A stretch of DNA of 64,000 nt from a bacterium (lineage in GTDB: Bacteria > Patescibacteriota > Minisyncoccia > Phycocordibacterales > UBA5272): positions 2,837 to 66,836 of the forward strand of contig JAHFMX010000004.1 of NCBI GenBank assembly GCA_023267635.1, given 5' to 3'. Each line of letters opens with the position of its first letter. The stretch's first letter is position 1. The position numbers and the translations under genes are program-made. This document shows positions 8,864 through 16,752 of the stretch, in pieces. The notes under the pieces are model-generated. The model was not told where the DNA came from and searched no databases. It worked only from the letters and a program-made list of their open reading frames with translations.

Positions 8864-8946
8864 GCCCGGGTGATGGAATGGTAGACATAGAGGACTTAAA
8901 ATCCTCGGCTGGTTACAGCGTGCGGGTTCGAGTCCCGCCCTGGGCA
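8864..8946 (+). tRNA. tRNA-Leu (TAA)
   Basis: Acceptor GCCCGGG/CCTGGGC, anticodon stem GAGGA/TCCTC with loop CTTAAAA, long variable arm, T-arm GCGGGTTCGAGTCCCGC. Confidence 0.85.
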
Positions 8947-8953
8947 CATGAAA

Positions 8954-8992
8954 ATAAAAATACCGAAATCATTTTTCGGTATTTTTATTTTT
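8954..8992. terminator. AT-rich rho-independent terminator after tRNA-Leu
   Basis: aaaaATACCGAAAtcattTTTCGGTATttttatttt. Confidence 0.5.
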
Positions 8993-8996
8993 ACAT

Positions 8997-9118
8997 GCAG
9001 GGCGGGACTCGAACCGCGGGCCGCAACCTGCGAAGAGCAGGTGTAGGTTTCGAGGCAAGCATGCCGAGAGGCGAGTCCCGCTGCCAAGCTTCGAATCTGC
9101 TGATTCGCCTGGGCACAT
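8997..9118. other. tRNA-Leu-derived structured element / decayed pseudo-tRNA (identity unresolved)
   Basis: Starts with inverted T-arm/acceptor fragment gcagggcgggactcgaacc (18/19 to tRNA-Leu 3' end) and ends with direct cgcctgggcaca; internal 10-bp long-range stem gcgggactcg (9002-9011) / cgagtcccgc (9074-9083); cannot be folded as a cloverleaf on either strand. Confidence 0.3.
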
Positions 9119-9795
9119 TATATAAACTCTACAGGAATTTCTGCCGTAAATGTTTTTTCTTCGCCGTTAAGTGTGAAGGAAAGTGAGTATGCGTGTAGCA
9201 TAATGCGTGAATCTTTAACGGTACTGCCGTATGCAATGTCTCCGACAATGGGATGTCCACCATATGACATGTGTGCGCGTAACTGATGTGTACGACCTGT
9301 TAAGGGAGCAAGTTCTACGAGGGTTGTGTTGCTGTTTCTTTGTAAAACGTTTACTTCTGTAACAGCAGAACGTAGTTCGCCTCGTGGGTTGATGGGATTA
9401 ACTGATTGTTTGTATTCCTTTTTATTTCTACCAAGAGGAGCATCAATGGTGTAGCTATCTTTTTCTACGACTCCTTCAACCAAAGCAATATATTTTTTTG
9501 TAGTAGCATGATTTAAAAACTCCTTTTTGAGCGCTTCAAAGGTGGGTTCATTTTTCGCAATAACCATAACGCCAGAAGTTTCCCTATCTAATTTATGTAC
9601 GATGCCTCCTAATGGAATGATTCTTTCGTCCTGGAGGGTTATAGAGTTGTTGATAGAAAACATAGCAGGGGAATGCGCATACAAAAAATCAACAACCGTT
9701 TCTTCGTCAGAAAAGTCAAAAGGGTGTACTACGACACCTGAAGGCTTATCTATAACAAGTATGTTTTCATCCTCGAATATAACAGGGATAATCAT
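9118..9795 (-). CDS. RluA-family pseudouridine synthase
   Basis: Catalytic motif region HRLDRETSGVMV and GRTHQLRAHM. Confidence 0.8.
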   Translation of the reverse strand: MIIPVIFEDENILVIDKPSGVVVHPFDFSDEETVVDFLYAHSPAMFSINNSITLQDERIIPLGGIVHKLDRETSGVMVIAKNEPTFEALKKEFLNHATTKKYIALVEGVVEKDSYTIDAPLGRNKKEYKQSVNPINPRGELRSAVTEVNVLQRNSNTTLVELAPLTGRTHQLRAHMSYGGHPIVGDIAYGSTVKDSRIMLHAYSLSFTLNGEEKTFTAEIPVEFI

Positions 9796-9995
9796 GATTA
9801 GTTCATACTACGGGAAAGGAGGAGGAATAACAAGAAAGGACTTGGTTGTAATATGTTTTGGAAAGGAGTCTTGGCTACAAGTTTTGTGTCGTCGCCACTC
9901 CACAAACTCGCAGCCCGCCCCTCGTGGTTTTGCTTGCTAGCAAAACATCACTGCGGGCATTCAAGTCCTTAAGTAAGACAAGTCATTGTCTTACT

Positions 9996-10050
9996 TCCCG
10001 GGCACAAATGAAAAAACACATCAAAGATGTGTTTTTTCATTTGTGCCCGG
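9996..10050. repeat. perfect 26-bp inverted repeat (hairpin) overlapping the 3' end of tRNA-Leu(TAG)
   Basis: cccgggcacaaatgaaaaaacacatc aaa gatgtgttttttcatttgtgcccggg; right arm includes the tRNA acceptor 3' strand; acts as terminator for the minus-strand tRNA. Confidence 0.65.
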
Positions 10051-10125
10051 GAAAGGACTTGAACCTTCATGAGTTGCCTCGCTTGCTCCTAAGGCAAGTG
10101 CGTCTACCAATTTCGCCACCCGGGC
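10044..10125 (-). tRNA. tRNA-Leu (TAG)
   Basis: Minus strand: GCCCGGGTGGCGAAATTGGTAGACGCA, anticodon stem CTTGC/GCAAG with loop CTTAGGA, long variable arm, T-arm. Confidence 0.85.
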
Positions 10126-10207
10126 ATATTTATTTTTTCTAACAACACTTTTCTACAATCTCCTTCGTAATCATTTATTTAAGCGAAATTCACCAATTAG
10201 CATCTTC

Positions 10208-10249
10208 CGCTTGCTAGCTCTAGATGTCTTCGAAGCCAAGCTGCTCGAG
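10208..10249 (+). repeat. short dispersed motif family C, copy 1
   Basis: cgcttgctagctctagatgtcttcgaagccaagctgctcgag ~80% identical to 24288-24329; followed by gccacccgggcata, a direct repeat of the tRNA-Leu(TAG) 5' end at 10117-10130. Confidence 0.45.
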
Positions 10250-10367
10250 CCACCCGGGCATATATAAACCATGTAACTTTACCATAAAACGTACCTTTTG
10301 GAAAATAAAAAACCCGAGGAACGATTTAACGTTCGACTCGGGTTTTGGTTCTCATTGCGAGAATTTT

Positions 10368-11318
10368 TTAGGCGGACAATTGTGTTGCCTTGTGCACGTT
10401 AGGTAATCCTTCCGTGACATGTGCGTGTCTGCCGCGACTGGACTTCACAGTGCTCAGACGGATGCCAGCTATTTCGAGGAGTGCACGGATGTGCTGATCG
10501 AATTCTGGATTCATTTTCGCAGCGCTGTCGACATTGATGATGCTTCCGTAAAGGAGGTGTGCACTCAGGTGGTGTCCTGGTGTGAGTTTCTTCACCACGA
10601 ACTCGTTGCCGAAGTTTCCGCGACGAAGATCGAGGATGAGTTGCCCTTTTTCGTCGGGGGCACTGTAGATACCCAAACAATCTTCCTTCATCAGGTCGGT
10701 AATGGGTCGGCAGGTTTCTCCCAACATCTTGTCTTGAATCGGAACGATGTCTGCGGTCTTGGTAGAACCTTTCTCAGCCGCAGGCACAACATGGGTAGCC
10801 GTCACAAGCACAGGTGGTTGCTTTGATTCCCAGTACCGCTGCTTGACTTCTCGTATTTCGCTTTGCAGGATGCTGTGAAGAAAACCCAACATCCTGTATT
10901 GTTCTTCGCCAATGTAGCCCATGGCAAAATGACATTTTTCCAAAGGAATAAAGAGCCAGACATGCGGGATAAAGATGCCATCTGCACGTTCGATGATGGG
11001 GAATTCACTAGTCGCACCTTCGCGCATCTTGAGTGTGACATCAATGGATTCGCTCCCATTGTCGAAGTTTCGTCCGATGAGGTAGGAGCCTTCGATGCCG
11101 TCACAGAACATTTGAAAGCGCAGACGTCCTGCTGCAATCTTTTGTGCAAGTGTCTGGCGCTCGCGTTCAGTCTCACGATTGCGCTTGGGTGTGTAGTCTG
11201 GCGGGACACCCTTTGCTTTTGCCACCTTTGGCTTCTGGTAGCGAGGCTGCTCGGGGTTTTTACCCCCATTTTCGCTGTCGTGTTTCTCGGTCTTGTGACC
11301 GTTAGATTTGTTCGCCAT
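10368..11318 (-). CDS. hypothetical protein, compositionally distinct (GC-rich, strong SD)
   Basis: 316-aa ORF; by eye ~50% GC vs ~42% background; basic N-terminus; SD aaggag 7 nt before ATG; no recognisable domain. Confidence 0.6.
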   Translation of the reverse strand: MANKSNGHKTEKHDSENGGKNPEQPRYQKPKVAKAKGVPPDYTPKRNRETERERQTLAQKIAAGRLRFQMFCDGIEGSYLIGRNFDNGSESIDVTLKMREGATSEFPIIERADGIFIPHVWLFIPLEKCHFAMGYIGEEQYRMLGFLHSILQSEIREVKQRYWESKQPPVLVTATHVVPAAEKGSTKTADIVPIQDKMLGETCRPITDLMKEDCLGIYSAPDEKGQLILDLRRGNFGNEFVVKKLTPGHHLSAHLLYGSIINVDSAAKMNPEFDQHIRALLEIAGIRLSTVKSSRGRHAHVTEGLPNVHKATQLSA

Positions 11319-11396
11319 TGCAATCTCCTTGGTATGATATGGAAAGGAACAGTTGAAGCATGTTTCTGTCAGAGTACAGCTTGTATGCCATTATAT

Positions 11397-11404
11397 ATTA
11401 TACA
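11397..11404 (-). promoter_or_regulatory. extended -10 box TGTATAAT for the GC-rich 316-aa gene
   Basis: revcomp of attataca; ~80 nt upstream of ATG. Confidence 0.35.
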
Positions 11405-11440
11405 CTAAATACATACTTTGTCAAGTTATACAAAGTACTA

Positions 11441-11462
11441 AAAATGACGCACTCATGCGCCA
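11441..11462 (-). terminator. weak terminator after rbfA
   Basis: minus strand ggcGCATgagtGCGTCatttttag. Confidence 0.3.
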
Positions 11463-11463
11463 T

Positions 11464-11865
11464 TTAGTTTTCTGATTCTTCCGTTTCTGGTTTACCGAGC
11501 TCTTTATCTTTTATCTTCTCGTTTCTGAGAAGTTCATCGATGTGCTGACGGTTTTTCTCTCCGTAATCAATTTCTACTTCAAAGAATGGGATTACTTTTA
11601 CAGGAAGCCGCTTCATCACGTATTTACGCATATCTGTTCGCATGCGACGAGCGAAGTCGAGCGCCGCCTGTTCCTTATCTACTGGAAGTACTGTCATGTA
11701 AATAGTTCCTTGGCGCATGTCTGGAGACACTTCACAGCGAGTGATAGTCATAAGTGAAAGACCTGATGATTCACGCTGAAAGAAATCTTGTACTAAGCTT
11801 AAGATTTCAAGACTCACTTTTGTTTGGCGCTGGCTAGGGCCTTTGTCTGCTCCTTGTGTAAACAT
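11464..11865 (-). CDS. rbfA: ribosome-binding factor A
   Basis: RbfA KH-like core (RVSEEIQRELS-like LEILSLVQDFFQRE; MTVLPVDKEQ) immediately downstream of infB. Confidence 0.7.
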   Translation of the reverse strand: MFTQGADKGPSQRQTKVSLEILSLVQDFFQRESSGLSLMTITRCEVSPDMRQGTIYMTVLPVDKEQAALDFARRMRTDMRKYVMKRLPVKVIPFFEVEIDYGEKNRQHIDELLRNEKIKDKELGKPETEESEN

Positions 11866-11868
11866 ATA

Positions 11869-13401
11869 TTAAATTCTAGTTTTTTCGATCTGGATTGATT
11901 CGAGAATATCTGATGGAATCATTTCGATTTTTGTTTCAACCATGAGACCACACTCATTTCCTTCGATCACTTCAGTAGCCTTAAGCTTTTGTGACTGAAG
12001 CTCAACAACACGACCACGTCCCATATCAACACCGCGACGAATAATCTTTACAAGAGAATTAAGTGCAATGCGACCAGTTTCTACACGGCCTCCAATAACA
12101 TGCTTTTCTTTCTGAGTACTAAATGTTTTAAGAACCTTAAGTGTTCCAAGTACAACTTCCTTTTCTTCGTATGGAAGGCGATCAAGCACTACGGTGTCAA
12201 ACCATTCAGAAAGTTTGTAGATGATATCAAAAGTTTCAGGAACAACCTTGAAGCGGTCTGCTTGTTCTCGAGCCTTACCGTCAATCTTTACCGCAAATCC
12301 AATGATAAGAACTTTTTCGTCTGATGAAGCTTGAATAATATCTCCCTCAGTGATTTGTCCAATTCCTTGCGCGATAATTTTTATCTTCACATGTTCGGTC
12401 TCTCTCTTTTGTAGTTCACGAATAACCGCTGAAAGTGTTCCGAGAGAATCTGCTTTAACGACGATAGGAATAACAACTCTAGCATTTCGGTAGAGGCGAG
12501 GGTCTAGCACTGTTTGAACAGCATTTGATTGTGCTTCAGATTGTAACTTCTCCATTAGTTTTTTGTCAGCAGATGAAATGAAAAGTGAACCAGCAAGAGG
12601 TGCTTCGTCAAAGCCTGTAACTTTTATTGGCTGACCTGCGTGTGGGCTTTTAATTGTTTTGCCCAAGAAGTCTTCAATAATACGAATAGGGGAAAGTGCC
12701 GTACCAGCCAAAATAGAACCAGATGCTGGAAGCGTACCGTCTTTAATGATGAGTGCGGCTGAGATACCACGCTTCTGGTCTACGAAACTTTCAAGTACAT
12801 ATCCTGTTGCTTCAACACCGAGGTTTGCTTTTAGGTCGTTCACTTCAACCACAAGAAGAAGTGTCTCAAGTAGGAAATCAATTCCTTGTCCTGATTTTGC
12901 AGAAATTTCTACGCACGGCACTTCACCTCCGTATCCTTCGATGTAAATTCCATTCTCAACAAGAGAATTCTTAGTCTTCTGGATATCAGCTCCTGGCTTA
13001 TCAATTTTATTGATGGCAACAACGTATGGAAGTTTGTGAGCTTCAATTGTTTTCCATGCTTCGAGCGTTTGAGCCTTTACTCCGTCTTCAGCTGAAACAA
13101 TAAGGATCGCAATATCTGCGATTTCTACACCGCGTTCACGCATAGACTGGAACGCTTCGTGGCCTGGTGTATCGAGGAACGTAATTGGAAGCACTCGTCC
13201 GTCGGTTGCTGTGTGCTGTACTTCGTATGAAGAAATACGCTGTGTGATACCTCCAGCTTCACCGTCCACTACGTTTGATTTGCGAATGAAGTCAAGAAGA
13301 GATGATTTTCCATGGTCGACATGACCAAGAACCGCAATAACTGGCTGACGAGAAACTATCTCCTTTTTCGGGGTGTTTGTAGGCATAAAATAATGACACA
13401 A
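11869..13401 (-). CDS. infB: translation initiation factor IF-2 (short form: G domain + C-terminal domains only)
   Basis: G1 motif GHVDHGKSSLLD, DTPGHEAF, NKID; 510 aa, lacks the long N-terminal region. Confidence 0.85.
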   Translation of the reverse strand: MCHYFMPTNTPKKEIVSRQPVIAVLGHVDHGKSSLLDFIRKSNVVDGEAGGITQRISSYEVQHTATDGRVLPITFLDTPGHEAFQSMRERGVEIADIAILIVSAEDGVKAQTLEAWKTIEAHKLPYVVAINKIDKPGADIQKTKNSLVENGIYIEGYGGEVPCVEISAKSGQGIDFLLETLLLVVEVNDLKANLGVEATGYVLESFVDQKRGISAALIIKDGTLPASGSILAGTALSPIRIIEDFLGKTIKSPHAGQPIKVTGFDEAPLAGSLFISSADKKLMEKLQSEAQSNAVQTVLDPRLYRNARVVIPIVVKADSLGTLSAVIRELQKRETEHVKIKIIAQGIGQITEGDIIQASSDEKVLIIGFAVKIDGKAREQADRFKVVPETFDIIYKLSEWFDTVVLDRLPYEEKEVVLGTLKVLKTFSTQKEKHVIGGRVETGRIALNSLVKIIRRGVDMGRGRVVELQSQKLKATEVIEGNECGLMVETKIEMIPSDILESIQIEKTRI

Positions 13402-13441
13402 TTATAGCACGAAAATGTAAAGATGCCTATCTCTGTAAGGC

Positions 13442-13924
13442 TTAGTTCTTATGAGCTTGTTTGGACTCTTCGAGTACTGCTTGCTCTTCTTCTGTGAGGT
13501 CGTGCGTGCTTGTGTACCCTGAAACTGGTTTCGCAAAAACAGATACTCGGTCTCGGTGATGAAGTGAAGACAAAATGAGTCCGTTTCCGAGTTCATTCAC
13601 GAGTGCTACAGCAAATGATTGATTACTTCCATTTTGATCAAAAGCTTTGAAGCGCATTGTTGATACGTTTCTAATAGACTGCGCGAGACGCTTGTCTAAT
13701 TTGAGAGCATGTTCAGCAATGAGCTCGTCATGCTTCTTAAGGTCATCTACTTTATCAAGATAGGTGCGAATGACGGACTCAAGACTTTTTGCATTTTCTC
13801 CACGAGTGAAAACAGAAATTTTATAATGAAGATATACAACATAGAGAAGAAGGATGACGAGTGCAATAGAGAGCGGAATACTTGGATACTGTAATGCTTG
13901 CTGAGCTAGAGAAGAGAGATTCAT
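13442..13924 (-). CDS. hypothetical membrane-anchored protein (DUF4446-like, CPR-typical)
   Basis: N-terminal TM (IALVILLLYVVYLHY) plus coiled region. Confidence 0.5.
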   Translation of the reverse strand: MNLSSLAQQALQYPSIPLSIALVILLLYVVYLHYKISVFTRGENAKSLESVIRTYLDKVDDLKKHDELIAEHALKLDKRLAQSIRNVSTMRFKAFDQNGSNQSFAVALVNELGNGLILSSLHHRDRVSVFAKPVSGYTSTHDLTEEEQAVLEESKQAHKN

Positions 13925-14082
13925 GTTGTGCTGTAGTGTAACAAAAAAGTTTGATCTTAGTTAGGTGTGTATAACGCTTTTATTTTTTATGGAGGAATGT
14001 TAGAGTTATACGTAGTGAGGGGTGTCGGATCCTCATTTTTTGTACAAGAATCCGATTGAATCAAACTTGAACAAGGAGAAGA

Positions 14083-14525
14083 CCATGAAAAAATCGCTGA
14101 TTGCTGCCGCACTGTTGTGCGCAGCGCTCTCTGCGGGTGCTTCCATGAATGCGCAGGCTTCGGGCCAGGCGCCGCCAGGTATCCACGCTGCAACTTCGAA
14201 CAAGGTCGATGCGGTGGAAGAAGTCAACAACCAGCAACCTGCGTTCGGCGGCAATCTCGCGCCCGACGGCAAGACCTTCGTGCTCACGGTCACGGGCCAG
14301 GGCATCACCAAGTTGCTGCCTGTGCGCCTGGTTGATGCAGGATGTGGTGACATCAGCAGTGGCGGTGGTTCGCGTTGCATTACTCCGACGCTGTGGCGGC
14401 CTGCCGTGGACAAGGTCAAGGCGCCACCATTGATTGCTGCCACCCCCGACCAGAACTACACCGGCCGTGCACGTTTGCCCGCAACCTCCCTCGGTGAGCC
14501 GCCCGGCGCCGCTGTTCTCACTTGA
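14083..14525 (+). CDS. small secreted protein, strongly GC-rich (foreign-looking)
   Basis: Start chosen at MKKSLIAAALLCAALSAGASMNAQA (signal peptide) with SD aaggag 7 nt upstream; by eye ~60% GC in an AT-rich genome. Confidence 0.6.
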
Positions 14526-14552
14526 ACATCGGCAGCTGGTGAAACCTACATG

Positions 14553-14595
14553 CTTCCATGTGCGCAATTGCATATGTGGAAGCGTTTTTATTTTT
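14553..14595 (+). terminator. terminator after GC-rich secreted-protein gene
   Basis: CTTCCAtgtgcgcaattgcatatgTGGAAGcgtttttattttt. Confidence 0.45.
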
Positions 14596-14641
14596 GTCAT
14601 TTAGTAGGTGTAGTATTTCTTATAGACACAAGGAGGTATGT

Positions 14642-14854
14642 ATGCAATCGTTAAGACTAACGAAAGTTGCTGTTTTTATAAAAAAGCTTTTCGGTTCACT
14701 GCCTGCCAATTTTAAGTATGACGATTTCATTTTGTGCGGTGAACTGAGTGAATTCCATCAGATGGCTAAAGCCGCTGAGGTCACTAAAGGTTTAGAGCTG
14801 TCACGCTATCGCCTTTCTGGGTACTCTGGATATAAAACTACGTACCTGAATTAA
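14642..14854 (+). CDS. small hypothetical protein (70 aa)
   Basis: In-frame ATG with strong SD aaggagg 5 nt upstream; MQSLRLTKVAVFIKKLF... Confidence 0.4.
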   Translation: MQSLRLTKVAVFIKKLFGSLPANFKYDDFILCGELSEFHQMAKAAEVTKGLELSRYRLSGYSGYKTTYLN

Positions 14855-14885
14855 ATCAGCCCCACCGGACTGATTTTTTCTTTTG
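14853..14885 (+). terminator. rho-independent terminator
   Basis: AATCAGccccaccggaCTGATTttttcttttg. Confidence 0.5.
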
Positions 14886-14903
14886 ATGTGATAGAGTATT
14901 CGT

Positions 14904-16100
14904 ATGTTTAACCTGTTTACAAAAAAACAAAAAAGAATCTATCTCGACAACGCTGGAGCAACACCAGTAAGTAAGCGCGCCCAAGCTGTTCTTATTGAAC
15001 GCTTGAGTGTCTTTGGTAACCCCTCAGCCATTCACCAAGAAGGAGATAAAGCCTCCCAGGTATTACAAAAAGCACGGAATACTGTGGCAACAGCCTTGAA
15101 CGCTCATTCATATGAAATAACATTTGTTGGAACGGGAACGGAGAGTTGTAACATTGCGATTTTAGGCACCATCGCAAAGGTTTCTGGAATTACGCTTCCT
15201 CATATTATTACAACGGAGATTGAACACCCAGCTGTACTGGAACCAATCCGTCATCTCGAGAAAACAGGAAAAGTTCGCGTGACCTATCTTCCTGTGTACG
15301 ATAATGGAATTGTAAAAGTAAAAGATATTCGTGAAGCTCTCACGGAAGAAACAGTATTGGTGTCAGTTATGTATGCCAACAATGAAATCGGAACCATTCA
15401 ACCAATAAAAGAAATTGGCCGTGCGCTTGATGAGTGGAAGAGGGAGCGAGAGAGGACATTTACTTCGTATCCATACTTCCACGTGGACGCATGTCAGGCG
15501 GGAAATTATTGTAACCTCGACGTGGTGCGCCTTAAAGCACACTTAGTTACGGTGAATGCTTCAAAGGTGTATGGTCCAAAAGGAATTGCTGCACTTTATA
15601 AACGAGAGGGAATTAGTGTTGAACCAACAACCTATGGCGGCGGACAAGAACGTGAGCTACGTAGTGGAACAGAATCAGTAGCTCTCGCAGCAGCGTTTGC
15701 TGAAGCGCTCACTGAAGCAGTTGAATTGCGTGATACAGAATCAGAACGACTAGCAGTATTACGAGACTTCTTTTTCAAAGAAGTTGTAAAACATATTCCT
15801 GATGTAACTATCTATGGAGATACGAAAGAAAGACTTCCAAATAATATCAACATTCGTGTTCCAGGTATCACAAGTGATGAGCTCATCTTACGTCTTGATG
15901 CGAATGGGTTTGCCGTCTCACATAAATCAGCGTGTGCCTCTGCTGAGACTGATGGAAGTTATGTTGTGCAAGCGCTCGGTGCCACGATTGCGGAATCGTT
16001 AGAAAACGTGCGCATCACACTCGGACGGGACACGACACAGTCAGATCTTGAAAGGCTTATTTCATCGCTCCAAACTATTAAAGAAACATTTGGGCGCTAG
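14904..16100 (+). CDS. cysteine desulfurase (class V aminotransferase, NifS/IscS family)
   Basis: YLDNAGATP N-terminus; PLP-lysine region VNASKVYGPKGIAAL; active-site loop HKSACASAE. Confidence 0.85.
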   Translation: MFNLFTKKQKRIYLDNAGATPVSKRAQAVLIERLSVFGNPSAIHQEGDKASQVLQKARNTVATALNAHSYEITFVGTGTESCNIAILGTIAKVSGITLPHIITTEIEHPAVLEPIRHLEKTGKVRVTYLPVYDNGIVKVKDIREALTEETVLVSVMYANNEIGTIQPIKEIGRALDEWKRERERTFTSYPYFHVDACQAGNYCNLDVVRLKAHLVTVNASKVYGPKGIAALYKREGISVEPTTYGGGQERELRSGTESVALAAAFAEALTEAVELRDTESERLAVLRDFFFKEVVKHIPDVTIYGDTKERLPNNINIRVPGITSDELILRLDANGFAVSHKSACASAETDGSYVVQALGATIAESLENVRITLGRDTTQSDLERLISSLQTIKETFGR

Positions 16101-16159
16101 TCACTCGATTGGTACTGTATTACACTGGTACCATCAACTACTAATTAATACTTATATTT

Positions 16160-16726
16160 ATGTACGAACAAAAAGATTTTGCACACCTGCTCTCGACTCC
16201 TGGATTTTCTGATGCGTTGCTCACTAATCACTTCACGCTCTATCAAGGGTATGTGAAGAATACCAACGCTCTTATCGAAAAGTTTAAGACACTTGAAATT
16301 GGAACTCCTGAATATGCAGAACTCCATCGTCGTTTTGGATGGGAATGGAACGGGATGCGACTTCATGAGCTTTATTTTGAGAACATGAAAAATGGTGGAG
16401 TGGCACTGACTGCAGGCTCTGAATTACAGAAAGTTATCGAATACGTATGGGGCTCATTTGAAAATTGGCAGAAAGAATTTATTGGTATCGGAACAATGCG
16501 TGGTATTGGATGGGTGGTCCTTGCGTATGATCCAGTAAAGAAAATGGTTTTCAACACATGGGTAAATGAACACAACGAAGGAAATCTAGCAGGAGCAGTT
16601 CCTGTTCTCGTTATGGATGTATTTGAACATGCATTTATGGTTGATTACGGACTCAAGCGCGCTGACTATATCACCGCGTTTATGAATGCAATTGATTGGA
16701 GTGTTGCAGAGAAGAGATTAGTTTAA
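16160..16726 (+). CDS. Fe/Mn superoxide dismutase family protein (divergent metal-ligand motifs)
   Basis: C-terminal DVFEHAFMVDY (cf DVWEHAYY); N-terminal helix region; first His pair only partly conserved (TNHFTLYQ). Confidence 0.7.
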   Translation: MYEQKDFAHLLSTPGFSDALLTNHFTLYQGYVKNTNALIEKFKTLEIGTPEYAELHRRFGWEWNGMRLHELYFENMKNGGVALTAGSELQKVIEYVWGSFENWQKEFIGIGTMRGIGWVVLAYDPVKKMVFNTWVNEHNEGNLAGAVPVLVMDVFEHAFMVDYGLKRADYITAFMNAIDWSVAEKRLV

Positions 16727-16752
16727 ATTAAAAAGCTAATATAATACTAACA

